A DNA stretch of 64,000 nt from Vulcanimicrobiota bacterium (lineage in GTDB: Bacteria > Vulcanimicrobiota > Vulcanimicrobiia > Vulcanimicrobiales > Vulcanimicrobiaceae): positions 1,920,001 to 1,984,000 of the forward strand of contig OY970223.1 of assembly GCA_963714015.1 (NCBI GenBank), written 5' to 3'. Shown here piece after piece: positions 31,863 through 41,971 of this stretch; the first letter of the stretch is position 1, and every line of letters starts with the position of its first letter. Under the pieces are notes generated by a model that did no database searches, was not told the DNA's origin, and was given only the letters and a program-made list of their open reading frames with translations. A program made the position numbers and the translations under genes.

Positions 31863-32717
31863 ATGGGACGGGTCGTCAAAGGTGCGCAGGTAGCGCAACA
31901 GACGTATCAACTCAAGCCGCCGCCGGCTAACGGTGCGCGGCATTCGGCGTTTGCACCGCTCGAAGAAGATCCGCTGTTTGCGCAAGGCCTGCATGACCTT
32001 ACCTTCTCCGAAGCTGCGCCGCCGCCGTCGATTGACTTCGAAGCGCTTCGCGCCGAAGCGGAGCAACTGGTCGAAGACGCTTCGCGTGACGCGCAAGCGC
32101 TCGTTCGGGACGCCCAAGCCCGCGCAGTGGCGCTGCTGGAAGACGCCGAGCGGCGCGTCGCGCAAATTGAAGGTGAAGCGAAAAACCGTGGCCTCGAACA
32201 GGGCGTCGCCGATGGACGCGCCGCGGCGCAGGCCGAGATGGACGAGATGCTCGAGACGATGCGCGGTTTGGTGCAGATGGCGCTGGCGGAACGTCACAAG
32301 ATCATCGAGACTGCCGAACCCGAGATCGTCCGGCTCTCGGTCGCAGTCGCGGAGCGGATTCTCAATCAGCACATAGCCTTGGATCCGCACACGGTTCTGG
32401 AGATGGTCAAGTCCGCCGTCATGCGGCTGGTCAACCGTGAGAAGGTGACCGTTCGCGTTAATCCGTCGGACATCGAAATCATGCGCAGTCAGCGCGAGCA
32501 GCTGATGGCGATGAACGACATCGACAACATGCGGATCATCGAGGATCAGCGCGTCGATCGCGGAGGCATCGTCATCGATACCGACGCAGGAACGATCGAC
32601 AGCAAGATTTCTACGCAATTGCGGGAGGTTCGCCGGCTCCTGGCGGTGGACGATTCGCTGACAGTGCCGGCCTCCGCCGGCCCGGCGCTCGTGAATCCGC
32701 CCGCCCAGGCCAGTTGA
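31863..32717 (+). CDS. fliH: Flagellar assembly protein
   Basis: GxxxG repeats, VRVNPSD, VDRGGIVIDTDAGTID. Confidence 0.92.
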   Translation: MGRVVKGAQVAQQTYQLKPPPANGARHSAFAPLEEDPLFAQGLHDLTFSEAAPPPSIDFEALRAEAEQLVEDASRDAQALVRDAQARAVALLEDAERRVAQIEGEAKNRGLEQGVADGRAAAQAEMDEMLETMRGLVQMALAERHKIIETAEPEIVRLSVAVAERILNQHIALDPHTVLEMVKSAVMRLVNREKVTVRVNPSDIEIMRSQREQLMAMNDIDNMRIIEDQRVDRGGIVIDTDAGTIDSKISTQLREVRRLLAVDDSLTVPASAGPALVNPPAQAS

Positions 32718-34046
32718 GTTCCATGTCCACGAAGTCTTCCGGTCTTCTGCGCGGACCGCTATATCGGCGCGCTCGACTCAGCCGATCTGATGCGCCAAAA
32801 CGGCAAGGTGCGCCAGGTGATCGGCGTGGTGATCGAGTCGATCGGTCCGAACATGGCGGTCGGCGAAACCTGCCACATTCAGTACAAGCGCACTGCCGAA
32901 CCGGTGCTTGCCGAAGTCGTCGGATTTCGGGATAACAAAGTGCTCATTATGCCGCTCGGCGACTTGATGGGCATCGGCGCGGGCAGCGAAGTCGTGAGCC
33001 TTGGCAAGCCCCTCGAAATCGGCGTAACGGATCAATTGCTGGGACGCGTTCTCGACGGGCTCGGCCGTCCCATCGACGGAAAAGGCCGCATCTTTGCCGA
33101 GAAGCGCGCTCCCATTACCGCCGCGCCGCCCGACGCGCTCACGCGCAAACGCATCTCCCAGCCGCTCTCGATCGGCATTCGCGCGATCGACGGAATGCTC
33201 ACGTGCGGCAAAGGCCAGCGCGCCGGCATCTTTGCAGGCAGCGGCGTCGGAAAATCGACGATTCTCGGTATGATCGCGCGCAACACGGCCGCCGACGTGA
33301 ACGTCATCGCGCTAATCGGCGAGCGCGGCAAGGAAGTTCGCGACTTCATCGAGCGCGACTTGGGCGAGGAAGGGCTGCGGCGCAGCGTCGTCGTGGTTTC
33401 GACGAGCGATCAGCCGGCGCTCGTGCGCATCAAAGCCGCCTTCGTCGCGACGACCATTGCGGAGTACTTTCGCGATCAAGGGCTCGACGTGATGCTGATG
33501 ATGGACAGCGTGACGCGGTTTGCCATGGCTCAGCGCGAGGTAGGTTTGGCGATCGGCGAACCAACGACGACCCGCGGCTATACGCCTTCGGTTTTCGCGC
33601 TGCTGCCCAAATTGCTGGAGCGCGCCGGAACCTCGCATACGGGGACGATCACGGGCCTTTATTCGGTGCTCGTCGACGGCGACGACATGAACGAACCGGT
33701 CGCGGACGCCGTGCGCTCCATTCTGGACGGTCACATCGTTCTCTCCCGCAGACTTGCCGCGGCGAACCAGTATCCCGCGATCGACATCCTTTCCAGCGTC
33801 AGCCGCGTCATGCCCGACGTCGTCGACCAGAATCAGTCCTCTGCGGCATCCGCGGTGCGCGACGTTCTCGCAACGTACCGGGATGCCGAAGATCTCATCA
33901 ACATCGGCGCGTACGTCCCCGGAAGCAATCCGCGCGTCGATCTGGCCATCTCTAAAATAGAAGCGGTGCGTCACTTCCTCAAGCAAGGCATCTACGAGAC
34001 GTCCGACTTTGCGCTAACGCTGAATCAACTTGTGAGCGTGGCATGA
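32714..34046 (+). CDS. fliI: Flagellar export ATPase (probable N-terminal indel near 32750; intact ORF from 32790)
   Basis: AGSGVGKST, GERGKEV, DSVTRFA, DGHIVLSR. Confidence 0.95.
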
Positions 34047-34080
34047 TCTTTTCGAGAGCCTGCCCGAGGACGCCGCGGAG

Positions 34081-34536
34081 ATGAGATCGTTTAAATTCAT
34101 GCTAAAGCCGGTGCTCGATCAACGGGAGCGCATCGAGGACGAAAAGCAGCAAGCTTTTGCGGCGCGGCAAACGGAGCTCAAGGCGGCTCAGGACGAGCTG
34201 GCGCGTTTGAACGGAGAGTTCAAACGCTATTCGGTCGCGCTGCGTGAGGGTCATGCGACACTCACGAGTGAGGAGCTGCGCCGGCATTACGCCCATCTTG
34301 AGTATCTGGACCGTTGCATGGTGATGCAGCATGCCGCCATTTCGCAGCACAAAATCGCCGTCGAGAAGGCTCGCAAGGATCTCGTAGGGGCAAGCAAAGA
34401 CCGCAAAGTCATCGAGAAACTCAGAGAAAAACGGTTCGAAGAACATCAAGCCATGGAGGCTGCGTTCGAACAAAAGGAGTTGGACGACAGTAACGCCCGA
34501 CGTCGCGAAAAGACCGGGCAAGGGAGTCTGCTATGA
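34081..34536 (+). CDS. fliJ: Flagellar export chaperone
   Basis: FKFML..VL, KVIEKLRE, EQKELDD. Follows fliI. Confidence 0.9.
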   Translation: MRSFKFMLKPVLDQRERIEDEKQQAFAARQTELKAAQDELARLNGEFKRYSVALREGHATLTSEELRRHYAHLEYLDRCMVMQHAAISQHKIAVEKARKDLVGASKDRKVIEKLREKRFEEHQAMEAAFEQKELDDSNARRREKTGQGSLL

Positions 34537-35147
34537 TCGTTACCCGCCGCCGCCGTAAACCGTTTCGCTGGAAGCGCGTCGCCGTCCCCGCCGTCGTTGC
34601 GGTGCTGATTGCCGCTGTTTTCGTGTGGACGCCATCCCGCAATTGGGTGGCAAACCAGCCTGCCCTGCGCCCAGTCGAGCGGCCGTTCAACGTTGCCGGA
34701 CAATTGCAAACGATCTCCTCACAGAACGCGCAAATCGCAGCGCTTCAGAAGCAGCTGTCGGATGCGCGTGGAGCGATTGCGGATCGCGACAAGCAGATCG
34801 GTGACCTGCAAACGCAGCTGAACAGCGCTCAAGAAGAAGCCGCAACGGCGAAGGCTGCGAAGGTTGGACGCAGCGCGCCGGCACCGGCGGCGCAGAGTGC
34901 CGGCGAGACGATGGTCGGTCAGTCCGATCTCGCTTCGCAAGCGACTCCCGACCTGCGCCGCACCGCCTCAGTCTGGGCCGCCATGGATCCGGACGCCGCC
35001 GCCAAGGTCGTTCAGCGTTTGCCGGACGACTACGTCGCGCGCATTTTCGCAATAATGCCGCCGGACGCAGTCGGTGCGATTTTGGAGACTTTGCCGGCCC
35101 CCTACGCGGCACGGCTAACCGAGGACCATCCCGAACTCAGTCACTGA
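34533..35147 (+). CDS. YlxF/MotE-like protein (TM, coiled coil, MgtE-N-like)
   Basis: AAMDPDAAA..MPPDAVGAIL repeats. Follows fliJ. Confidence 0.75.
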   Translation: MIVTRRRRKPFRWKRVAVPAVVAVLIAAVFVWTPSRNWVANQPALRPVERPFNVAGQLQTISSQNAQIAALQKQLSDARGAIADRDKQIGDLQTQLNSAQEEAATAKAAKVGRSAPAPAAQSAGETMVGQSDLASQATPDLRRTASVWAAMDPDAAAKVVQRLPDDYVARIFAIMPPDAVGAILETLPAPYAARLTEDHPELSH

Positions 35148-35184
35148 CGGAAGGTAAGCGGCAGGTGCCGCTAAACTGACGGGT

Positions 35185-35766
35185 ATGGGCCCGGATCTGA
35201 TCAGCGCATGGGCCTCGCTGGGTACCGCCTTCGTGATCGGAGCAAGCGCTATCGCAGCGCTCATACAGCTTCGTCACATGCGTGCGGGCAACCAGCTCGA
35301 GGCGCTCCTTTCACTGGAACGCGACTTCCGTGCGCCGGACGTTCAAGCTGCGCTGCGGTACATTCAGGCGGAGCTCCCGGAACGGATGCAGGAGCCGCGT
35401 TACCGCTCCGAGCTCGAGACGATCGGCTACGTCGATCCGGACGTGCATTCCGAACTCATCGTCTGCAACTGGTTCAACGAAATCGGCACGCTCGTCAAGC
35501 ACCGGCTGGTTTCGGAAGACGCTTTCATGGACTTGTTCGCGCGGTTGATAGTCTATTGCTGGCGCCTAGTCGGTCCGGCGGTTGCGGTCATGCGACGCAC
35601 GCGCGGCGACTTCCAGTACCACGATTTTGAATATCTGGCTCTGCGGGCGCAGACGTGGCTCGAGCGCCATCCTCGCGGAATTTTCCCTTTGGCATCGGCT
35701 CGCAAGCCGCTCTCCGACCCCTGGAAAGAATTGGATAAACGCCGTGTCGACGAGGTAACTGCATAA
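35185..35766 (+). CDS. Hypothetical membrane-anchored protein (DUF4760-like)
   Basis: N-terminal TM, NWFNEIGTLVK, DFEYLA. Confidence 0.65.
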   Translation: MGPDLISAWASLGTAFVIGASAIAALIQLRHMRAGNQLEALLSLERDFRAPDVQAALRYIQAELPERMQEPRYRSELETIGYVDPDVHSELIVCNWFNEIGTLVKHRLVSEDAFMDLFARLIVYCWRLVGPAVAVMRRTRGDFQYHDFEYLALRAQTWLERHPRGIFPLASARKPLSDPWKELDKRRVDEVTA

Positions 35767-36242
35767 TGTTTCGACTGCTCGCTGCGGCGCTCGCCGCATC
35801 CCTGATCCTTACGGCCTGCAAAGGCTCCTCGACGTCCGCGCCCCCAGCGTATTCGAACATCTCCGGCGATTACTCCGGAACGATGCAGGATGCGCAGCTC
35901 GGCAGCGGTACAGTCGTGGGCACGCTGGCGCAGCACGGTTCGTCCGCAGGCGGTCAAATGACCGAGACTACCGGCGGCGGCGCTCAGAATTTCCAGTTTT
36001 CGGTGACAATAGATACGTCGAATAACATCACCGGCGCCATGGTCATCGACGAATCGTCCGGAACGACGTGTACGTTCAGCACGACCGGAGTGTACGATCC
36101 CTCGAGTAATGCGATTTCAGGAACGTACACGGCCGTCACGAATTGTTCGGGTGATACCGGCACGTATACGCTCGCGCAACAATGCTTCGACACGGTCACC
36201 AGCCATGGTAAGCGCCGTATCCTCGGCGTGCGCAAGTGTTAG
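35766..36242 (+). CDS. Lipoprotein
   Basis: LTAC lipobox. Thr/Gly-rich beta strands with further Cys. Confidence 0.8.
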   Translation: MFRLLAAALAASLILTACKGSSTSAPPAYSNISGDYSGTMQDAQLGSGTVVGTLAQHGSSAGGQMTETTGGGAQNFQFSVTIDTSNNITGAMVIDESSGTTCTFSTTGVYDPSSNAISGTYTAVTNCSGDTGTYTLAQQCFDTVTSHGKRRILGVRKC

Positions 36243-36270
36243 CGGCTGCGGCGGCGCGGGGCTAGCAATC

Positions 36271-39003
36271 TCAGGATGACAAGCGCAGTGCGTCGGATTC
36301 GGAGAGACGCCGGCCTTCGTCCCTGAGACGCGCGAACGCGCCGGCGGGGACGCAGCTTTCGAGATGCTGCGCGATGTGTTGAAACGCGATGTCGTCCGCC
36401 GCGGTGCGTGCCCAGTTCATCGCTCGCGTGCGGGCGTCGGCGTAGCCGAATAACCGCACTGCTTCTTCGGGATTCTTTTTTGCGTGCTCGGGCGAGCAAA
36501 ACGCCATGGCGAGCGCTGCGATGAGCTCGTGGCCCGCGTCGCGTGCCAAACGAAGCGCCTCGCGGGCATAAGGTATCGCGCCTTCGACGTCGCCAATCGT
36601 GAACGAGTAGAGAGCAAGATTGCTGCACAGGTACATGCGCGTGTCCGAATCGGCGCAGCTGAGCGCTTCGACGGAAAGATCGATGGCGTTCCGGTAGAAG
36701 CCGGCGGAGGCTTCGGCTTCGGCCCACCATTGCCGAACGAGGCATGCTTCCTGCGGATCGCGCAGCGAGTCGAGTGCGGCGAGCGCTTCAAGGAATTGCG
36801 CGCGGGCATTCTCTATTTGATCCGGCGGCAGCGCGAAAGCGCAGCGCCGCAGAACGTGCGCCAACAGGTGTGAATCACCCGATTGCCGGGCTCGCTGCAG
36901 AGCTTCTTCCGCGTAGGGTTGAGCCTGCGCGTAGCCTTGTCGACCGGCGTAAAGCTGCGCGGCCTGAGAGAGCGCGCGAGTGAGCGCGCGATCGTCGCCG
37001 GCCTTCCGCGAGAGTTCTACGGCGCGCAGCGCGCAGGGAAGCGCCGATTCGTGTGCCTGCTGATTCGTATAGAGCATGGAAAGCCCGTACTCGAGACGCG
37101 CCGCCGTATCGGACGGCAGATCTTCAGTCCGTTCTCTTGCCGAGTTGCACCACGCAATGCCCTCGGAAAGAAGGGAAAGCCGAAGGAAGATCGGCGCCGT
37201 GTTTGCAGCAATCGCGGCACCGAGGCCCGGATCGCGCTTTTCGTCGAGCGACCAGCGCAGCGCCGCGCGGAAGTTGTCGAGATCCGGCATGAGCTCCGCG
37301 AGCCAATTTTCCGGCGGATCGGCATCGAACTGGGCATAAGCCGTTTGCGCGCGCCGGGCGTAGTACAGTGCGTGGCGCTGGTACAAGCTCGACGCCTCGC
37401 CGGCCTCGTGCAGACGGTTCTGCGCGTATTCGCGAATTGCCGTGAGGACGGTGTAACGCTCCTCGCCCGGCGGTTCGGTGTCTTGCAATTTTTGCTTGGC
37501 GTAATCCTGAATGCTTTCCAGCAGATGATATCGCTGCTGGGCTCGATCGACGTCTGCTACGATAAGGGACTTGTCGACGAGCGAGGATAGCAGATCCAGG
37601 ATCGTCCATTCGTCGAGCGACTCGTCGCTGCAGACGCCGCCGGCAGCTTCGAGCGAGAAGCTTCCGCTGAAGACGGCAATTCTCCGAAAGAGCGCCTTCT
37701 CGGAGGCATTGAGAAGTTCGTAACTCCAGTCGATCATCGCGCGAAGCGTCTGCTGTCGCGGAAGAGCGGTGCGCGTGCCGCCGGTAAGGATCCGGAAGCG
37801 CTCGCTGAGCCGGCGAAGCAGCTCTTCCAACGAGATGGCGCGCACTCGGGCGGCGGCAAGTTCGATTGCCAGCGGTATGCCGTCCAAATGTCCGCAAATC
37901 CGATCGATCGCCGGCTGGTTCTCAGCCGTTGCGGCAAAGCCGGGCAGAGCGCTCCGCGCGCGCTGAACGAAGAGCCGCACCGAATCTTGCCGGTCGAGCG
38001 GCGGCAAGCGATAAACGGACTCGCCGGGCAGGTGCAGCAGTTCGCGGCTCGTCGTAAGAATCGTGACGCGAGGGCATCGTTCTCGAATCGAAGCGACGAC
38101 TCGAGCGGCGGCCTCGATGACGTGCTCGCAGTTGTCCAGCACGATCAGCAGTTCGCGGTTGCGCAGGTAGGTGACGAGTGTCCCGACAGCATCGTCCCCT
38201 TCTGCCGGAGCTTCAAGTGCGGTTAGTATCGTCGCCGGAACCAGCTGCGCATCGGCGAGCGGAGCCAGATTCACGAACCACGCTCCGTCCGGCATTCGAT
38301 CGATCGCATCCGCCGCGCACTGAAGCGCGATGCGCGTCTTCCCCACGCCGCCGGTTCCGGCGATTGTCACCAGCGTGCTGTCTGCAAGCAATCTGCGCAC
38401 GTTGACGACGTCTTCCTCTCGTCCGATGAATGCAGTGGATTGGGTCGGCAGATTGTTCGGAATCGCGTCCAGGGTGCGCAGCGGTTTGAAATGCGTGGGA
38501 AGATCCGGCGCGACGAGCTGGTAAATCCGTTCGGGGCGTTCGAGGTCCTTGAGATGAAACGTCCCGAGCGCGCGCAGCGAGATTCCGGGCGGAAGCGAAT
38601 TCCCGGCGGCGTCGGCGAGGGTGCCGGATGCGACTACTTGGCCGCCGTGCGCCGTGCCGAGTATCCGCGCTACGCGATTGAGCGGGGGTCCGAAAAAGTC
38701 GCCCGCGCGTGCTTCCGCTTCGCCCGCGTGGAGCGCCATGCGCACGCGCAGTCCATCGACGGCAGACCAATCTTCCGCCAAAAGCGAACGCTGCGCCTCC
38801 AGCGCCGCTCGCAGAGCATCCTCCGGTGAATCGAACGTAACGCAAAACGCGTCGCCGACCGTTTTGAAAACGCGGCCGTTGTTGGCGTTCATCGCGGACC
38901 GGAGAAGCTCGTCATGCCGGTTCACCGCCTGCTGCATCATCGCAGGCTTGGCTTCCCAGCGGGCCGTGCTGCCTTCGATGTCGGAAAAAAGAAAGACCGG
39001 CAT
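36271..39003 (-). CDS. Class III adenylate cyclase-STAND ATPase-TPR protein
   Basis: FSDIEGST, KTVGDAF, GTGGVGKT, LDNCEH, LDGIPLAIELAAAR, helical repeats. Confidence 0.93.
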   Translation of the reverse strand: MPVFLFSDIEGSTARWEAKPAMMQQAVNRHDELLRSAMNANNGRVFKTVGDAFCVTFDSPEDALRAALEAQRSLLAEDWSAVDGLRVRMALHAGEAEARAGDFFGPPLNRVARILGTAHGGQVVASGTLADAAGNSLPPGISLRALGTFHLKDLERPERIYQLVAPDLPTHFKPLRTLDAIPNNLPTQSTAFIGREEDVVNVRRLLADSTLVTIAGTGGVGKTRIALQCAADAIDRMPDGAWFVNLAPLADAQLVPATILTALEAPAEGDDAVGTLVTYLRNRELLIVLDNCEHVIEAAARVVASIRERCPRVTILTTSRELLHLPGESVYRLPPLDRQDSVRLFVQRARSALPGFAATAENQPAIDRICGHLDGIPLAIELAAARVRAISLEELLRRLSERFRILTGGTRTALPRQQTLRAMIDWSYELLNASEKALFRRIAVFSGSFSLEAAGGVCSDESLDEWTILDLLSSLVDKSLIVADVDRAQQRYHLLESIQDYAKQKLQDTEPPGEERYTVLTAIREYAQNRLHEAGEASSLYQRHALYYARRAQTAYAQFDADPPENWLAELMPDLDNFRAALRWSLDEKRDPGLGAAIAANTAPIFLRLSLLSEGIAWCNSARERTEDLPSDTAARLEYGLSMLYTNQQAHESALPCALRAVELSRKAGDDRALTRALSQAAQLYAGRQGYAQAQPYAEEALQRARQSGDSHLLAHVLRRCAFALPPDQIENARAQFLEALAALDSLRDPQEACLVRQWWAEAEASAGFYRNAIDLSVEALSCADSDTRMYLCSNLALYSFTIGDVEGAIPYAREALRLARDAGHELIAALAMAFCSPEHAKKNPEEAVRLFGYADARTRAMNWARTAADDIAFQHIAQHLESCVPAGAFARLRDEGRRLSESDALRLSS

Positions 39004-39004
39004 A

Positions 39005-40351
39005 TTGCTGCGCGTTTACCGTACGAGGGAAGGGCGCCCAATCCCGCTCGCGCAATTACGGCGCATCATTTCCGCATCGAACAGCCGCACCATTGCCGCG
39101 GATACGCTCACGCCCATCTCGGCCTATCGCGCCCTCGCGACGACGGGAGCTTCATGCTTGCTCGAGAGCGTCGAAAGCGGCGGCCGCATTTCGCGTTACT
39201 CGTTTATCGGCATCGACTACTTGGACGCCAAATCGTTTGACGACGACGGCTCGCTGATCGAAAACGTGCGCGAGTTCGTGAAGGACACCGGACTCGACGC
39301 CCTGGTCGCGTTTTCGTATGACGCCGCCAGGACGGCTGCGCGATTGAAGGCGCGCGAGCCCTCGCAACCCTTCATGCCCGCGGCCTACGTCGCCATTCCG
39401 CGCACCTGGCTGATCTTCGACCACTTCACGGACCGGCTTTCGATTACGAGCGATTCGCCCGCACGGATCGACTCGTGCCTGGAGCAGCTGCTCGACTCGC
39501 ACGTCTGCCTTCCGCAGGAGGTTCGTGCGACCAGTGCGATGCAAGCCTCGCTGGATCGAACCGGCTATCTGCAGCGCGTTGCGCGCGTTAAGGAATTCAT
39601 CCGCGACGGCGAGGTCTACCAGTTGCAGCTGGGAATTCGCTTTAGTGCGGAGTTTTCAGGAAGCGCGCTGGACTTGTATCGCGCGATTCGCTCCCGCAAT
39701 CCGTCGCCATACATGTTTTTCGTCGATTCGCCGTTCGGACAATTGCTCGGTGCGTCACCGGAATTTCTCGTGCGCCTGGAGGGACGGCGCGCGCGGATCC
39801 GTCCGCTTGCCGGTACGCGTCCCCGCGGCGGCAACGAAGCCGAAGACGCCGAGATCGCGCAAGAGCTGTTGAGCAATCAAAAAGAACTCGCCGAGCACGT
39901 GATGCTCGTCGATCTCGGGCGTAACGATTTGGGCGCCGTCTGCGTTTTCGGAAGCGTGCGCGCTACGGAGCTCCTGCAGATCGAACGCTACAGCCATGTG
40001 ATGCACATCGTATCCGATTTGATCGGCGAACTGCGTCCGGAGTGCGATGCGCTCGATTTGTTCGCGTCGGGGTTCCCGGCGGGCACCGTAACGGGCGCGC
40101 CCAAGATTCGCGCCATGCAGCTGATCGACGAATTGGAGCCGGCAGCGCGCGGCTTCTACGCCGGCAGTGTCGGACGCTGGGCCGCCGGGGGCGATTTTGA
40201 CTCGTGCATCACGCTGCGCAGCGTGCACGTCGAGCGCAATACTGCCTACTGGCAGGCCTCGGCCGGAATCGTCGCCGACAGCGATCCGGACGCGGAATAC
40301 GACGAGGTGATGCAGAAGACGCGCATCGCCCGCACCGTTTTAGGATTATGA
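39005..40351 (+). CDS. trpE: Anthranilate synthase component I (start uncertain, 39005-39090)
   Basis: LLESVE (Trp feedback motif), NPSPYM, ASPE, PLAGTRPRG, EHVMLVDLGRND, FPAGTVTGAPK. Confidence 0.92.
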   Translation: MLRVYRTREGRPIPLAQLRRIISASNSRTIAADTLTPISAYRALATTGASCLLESVESGGRISRYSFIGIDYLDAKSFDDDGSLIENVREFVKDTGLDALVAFSYDAARTAARLKAREPSQPFMPAAYVAIPRTWLIFDHFTDRLSITSDSPARIDSCLEQLLDSHVCLPQEVRATSAMQASLDRTGYLQRVARVKEFIRDGEVYQLQLGIRFSAEFSGSALDLYRAIRSRNPSPYMFFVDSPFGQLLGASPEFLVRLEGRRARIRPLAGTRPRGGNEAEDAEIAQELLSNQKELAEHVMLVDLGRNDLGAVCVFGSVRATELLQIERYSHVMHIVSDLIGELRPECDALDLFASGFPAGTVTGAPKIRAMQLIDELEPAARGFYAGSVGRWAAGGDFDSCITLRSVHVERNTAYWQASAGIVADSDPDAEYDEVMQKTRIARTVLGL

Positions 40352-40358
40352 TGACGCG

Positions 40359-40973
40359 GTGAAAACTCTGAAAGTCTTGTTCGTCGACAATTTTGACTCG
40401 TTCACGTACAACGTCGTGCATCTGCTCGCGACGCAAGGCGCCGAACCCGAGGTCGTACATAACGACGATCCGCGCCTAACCGCCGGAGTTCTCGATTCCT
40501 TCGACGCGATCGTGGTGGGGCCGGGCCCCGGGAATCCCGCGCAGACGCCTCAAGTCGTAGAACTGATCCGCGAAGCAGTCCGGCGCAAAATGCCGGTATT
40601 CGGCGTATGCCTCGGACTGCAGGCGATCGGCGAAGCTTTCGGCGCGTCCGTCGTTCATGCGCCCGTACCGATGCACGGCAAGGTCTCGACCATCGCTCAC
40701 GACGGAAGCGGACTGTTTGCCGGGATCGATCGGCCTTTGCGCGCGACCCGCTATCACTCCCTTTGCCTGGACGCGTCGACGATACCGGAGGACCTCGAGG
40801 TTACCGGGCGCAGTGAGGACGGCGTGGTTCAAGCCGTTAGTCACCGCTATCTGCCGGTCAGCGGCGTGCAGTTTCACCCCGAGTCGGTGTTGAGCGAACA
40901 CGGCGATCGGATCGTCCGGAACGCCCTCCGGCTTGACAGGGCTGACGGCTCGATGCTATTGTCCCAGCAATGA
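40359..40973 (+). CDS. trpG: Anthranilate synthase component II (glutamine amidotransferase)
   Basis: DNFDSFTYN, GPGPG, GVCLG, RYHSL, QFHPES. Confidence 0.93.
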   Translation: MKTLKVLFVDNFDSFTYNVVHLLATQGAEPEVVHNDDPRLTAGVLDSFDAIVVGPGPGNPAQTPQVVELIREAVRRKMPVFGVCLGLQAIGEAFGASVVHAPVPMHGKVSTIAHDGSGLFAGIDRPLRATRYHSLCLDASTIPEDLEVTGRSEDGVVQAVSHRYLPVSGVQFHPESVLSEHGDRIVRNALRLDRADGSMLLSQQ

Positions 40974-41038
40974 CTCTCTCGGCCGCGCGCTATTCCTATT
41001 GGTGGTATGTTACCGCACTTGCAGTGCCGGTGAGTTGA
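40970..41038 (+). CDS. Aromatic leader peptide MTLSAARYSYWWYVTALAVPVS
   Basis: ATG 7 nt after the -10 of TTGACA-N18-TATTGT (40933-40962). Y-S-Y-W-W-Y codon run. Confidence 0.85.
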   Translation: MTLSAARYSYWWYVTALAVPVS

Positions 41039-41073
41039 GCGCGCGTTTCCGAAGATAGTCTCTAAAGAACTTC

Positions 41074-41110
41074 AGAAGGCCGCCCTTACCGGGGCGGCCT
41101 TCTTGTTTTG
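41074..41110 (+). terminator. Attenuator terminator before DAHP synthase
   Basis: AGAAGGCCGCCC/GGGCGGCCTTCT stem followed by TGTTTTG. Confidence 0.85.
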
Positions 41111-41138
41111 GTACCACAAGCCGGAAATGGATGAAGCG

Positions 41139-41963
41139 ATGTACACGCTTGCGAGCAAACAGAAACAGTCGAACACGGTCGTCATGGTTGAGGACGTGCC
41201 GTTCGGCGGCGGCGGCTTCACGATGATTGCCGGACCGTGTTCGGTAGAGCACCGCGCTCAAATCGAAAGCTCCGGGCATTTCGTCGCGGCTTGCGGCGCG
41301 CGCATGCTGCGCGGCGGTGCATATAAGCCGCGCACCTCGCCTTACGCGTTTCAAGGTTTGGGTGACGAAGGGGTCGAGCTCATCGCGCAAGCCGGCCGGC
41401 TCGCAAGCATCCCCACCGTCGTGGAGGCGCTGTGCGATGCGAATCTGCCTTTGCTCAGCGAGCGCGTCGCAATGATTCAAATCGGCGCGCGGAATATGCA
41501 AAACTTTTCGCTCCTCAAAGCCGCAGCGCGGACCGGAAAACCGATTCTGCTCAAGCGGGCAGCCTCCGCAACGCTGGACGAAGTACTCTATGCAGCCGAG
41601 TACGTTTTGGTCGAGGGGAATCCCAACGTGGTCCTGTGCGAACGTGGAATCCGCGGGTTCGATCCGCAGACGCGCAACGTGTTCGACCTCGGCGGTGCGC
41701 TGCGCTTAAAGGAACTGACCCATTTACCGGTTATTGCCGACCCCAGCCATGCTTGCGGCCGGTCGAGCCTGGTGGAGCCGGTCGTTCTGGCGGCTGCCGC
41801 GGCCGGCTTGGACGGCGCTATCGTCGAGGTACATCCCGAGCCTTCGCGAGCGCTGTCCGACAAGGAGCAGGCGCTCGATTTTCCGGCTTTCGAGCGCCTG
41901 ATGCGCCGCCTGGGCGCCCTGCTGGGATCCGAGGCTAACGTTCCGCTCGCAGCCTGCCGATGA
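41139..41963 (+). CDS. aroF: DAHP synthase type I-beta, catalytic barrel only
   Basis: IAGPCSVE, KPRTSPYAFQG, IGARNMQN, DPSH, EVHP, SD.EQ. Confidence 0.93.
   Translation: MYTLASKQKQSNTVVMVEDVPFGGGGFTMIAGPCSVEHRAQIESSGHFVAACGARMLRGGAYKPRTSPYAFQGLGDEGVELIAQAGRLASIPTVVEALCDANLPLLSERVAMIQIGARNMQNFSLLKAAARTGKPILLKRAASATLDEVLYAAEYVLVEGNPNVVLCERGIRGFDPQTRNVFDLGGALRLKELTHLPVIADPSHACGRSSLVEPVVLAAAAAGLDGAIVEVHPEPSRALSDKEQALDFPAFERLMRRLGALLGSEANVPLAACR
41936..41963 (+). promoter_or_regulatory. Candidate sigma28 promoter for fliK-flgD-flgE
   Basis: TAAC-N16-GCCGATGA, 8 nt before ATG 41972. Confidence 0.5.
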
Positions 41964-41971
41964 CCTGATTA

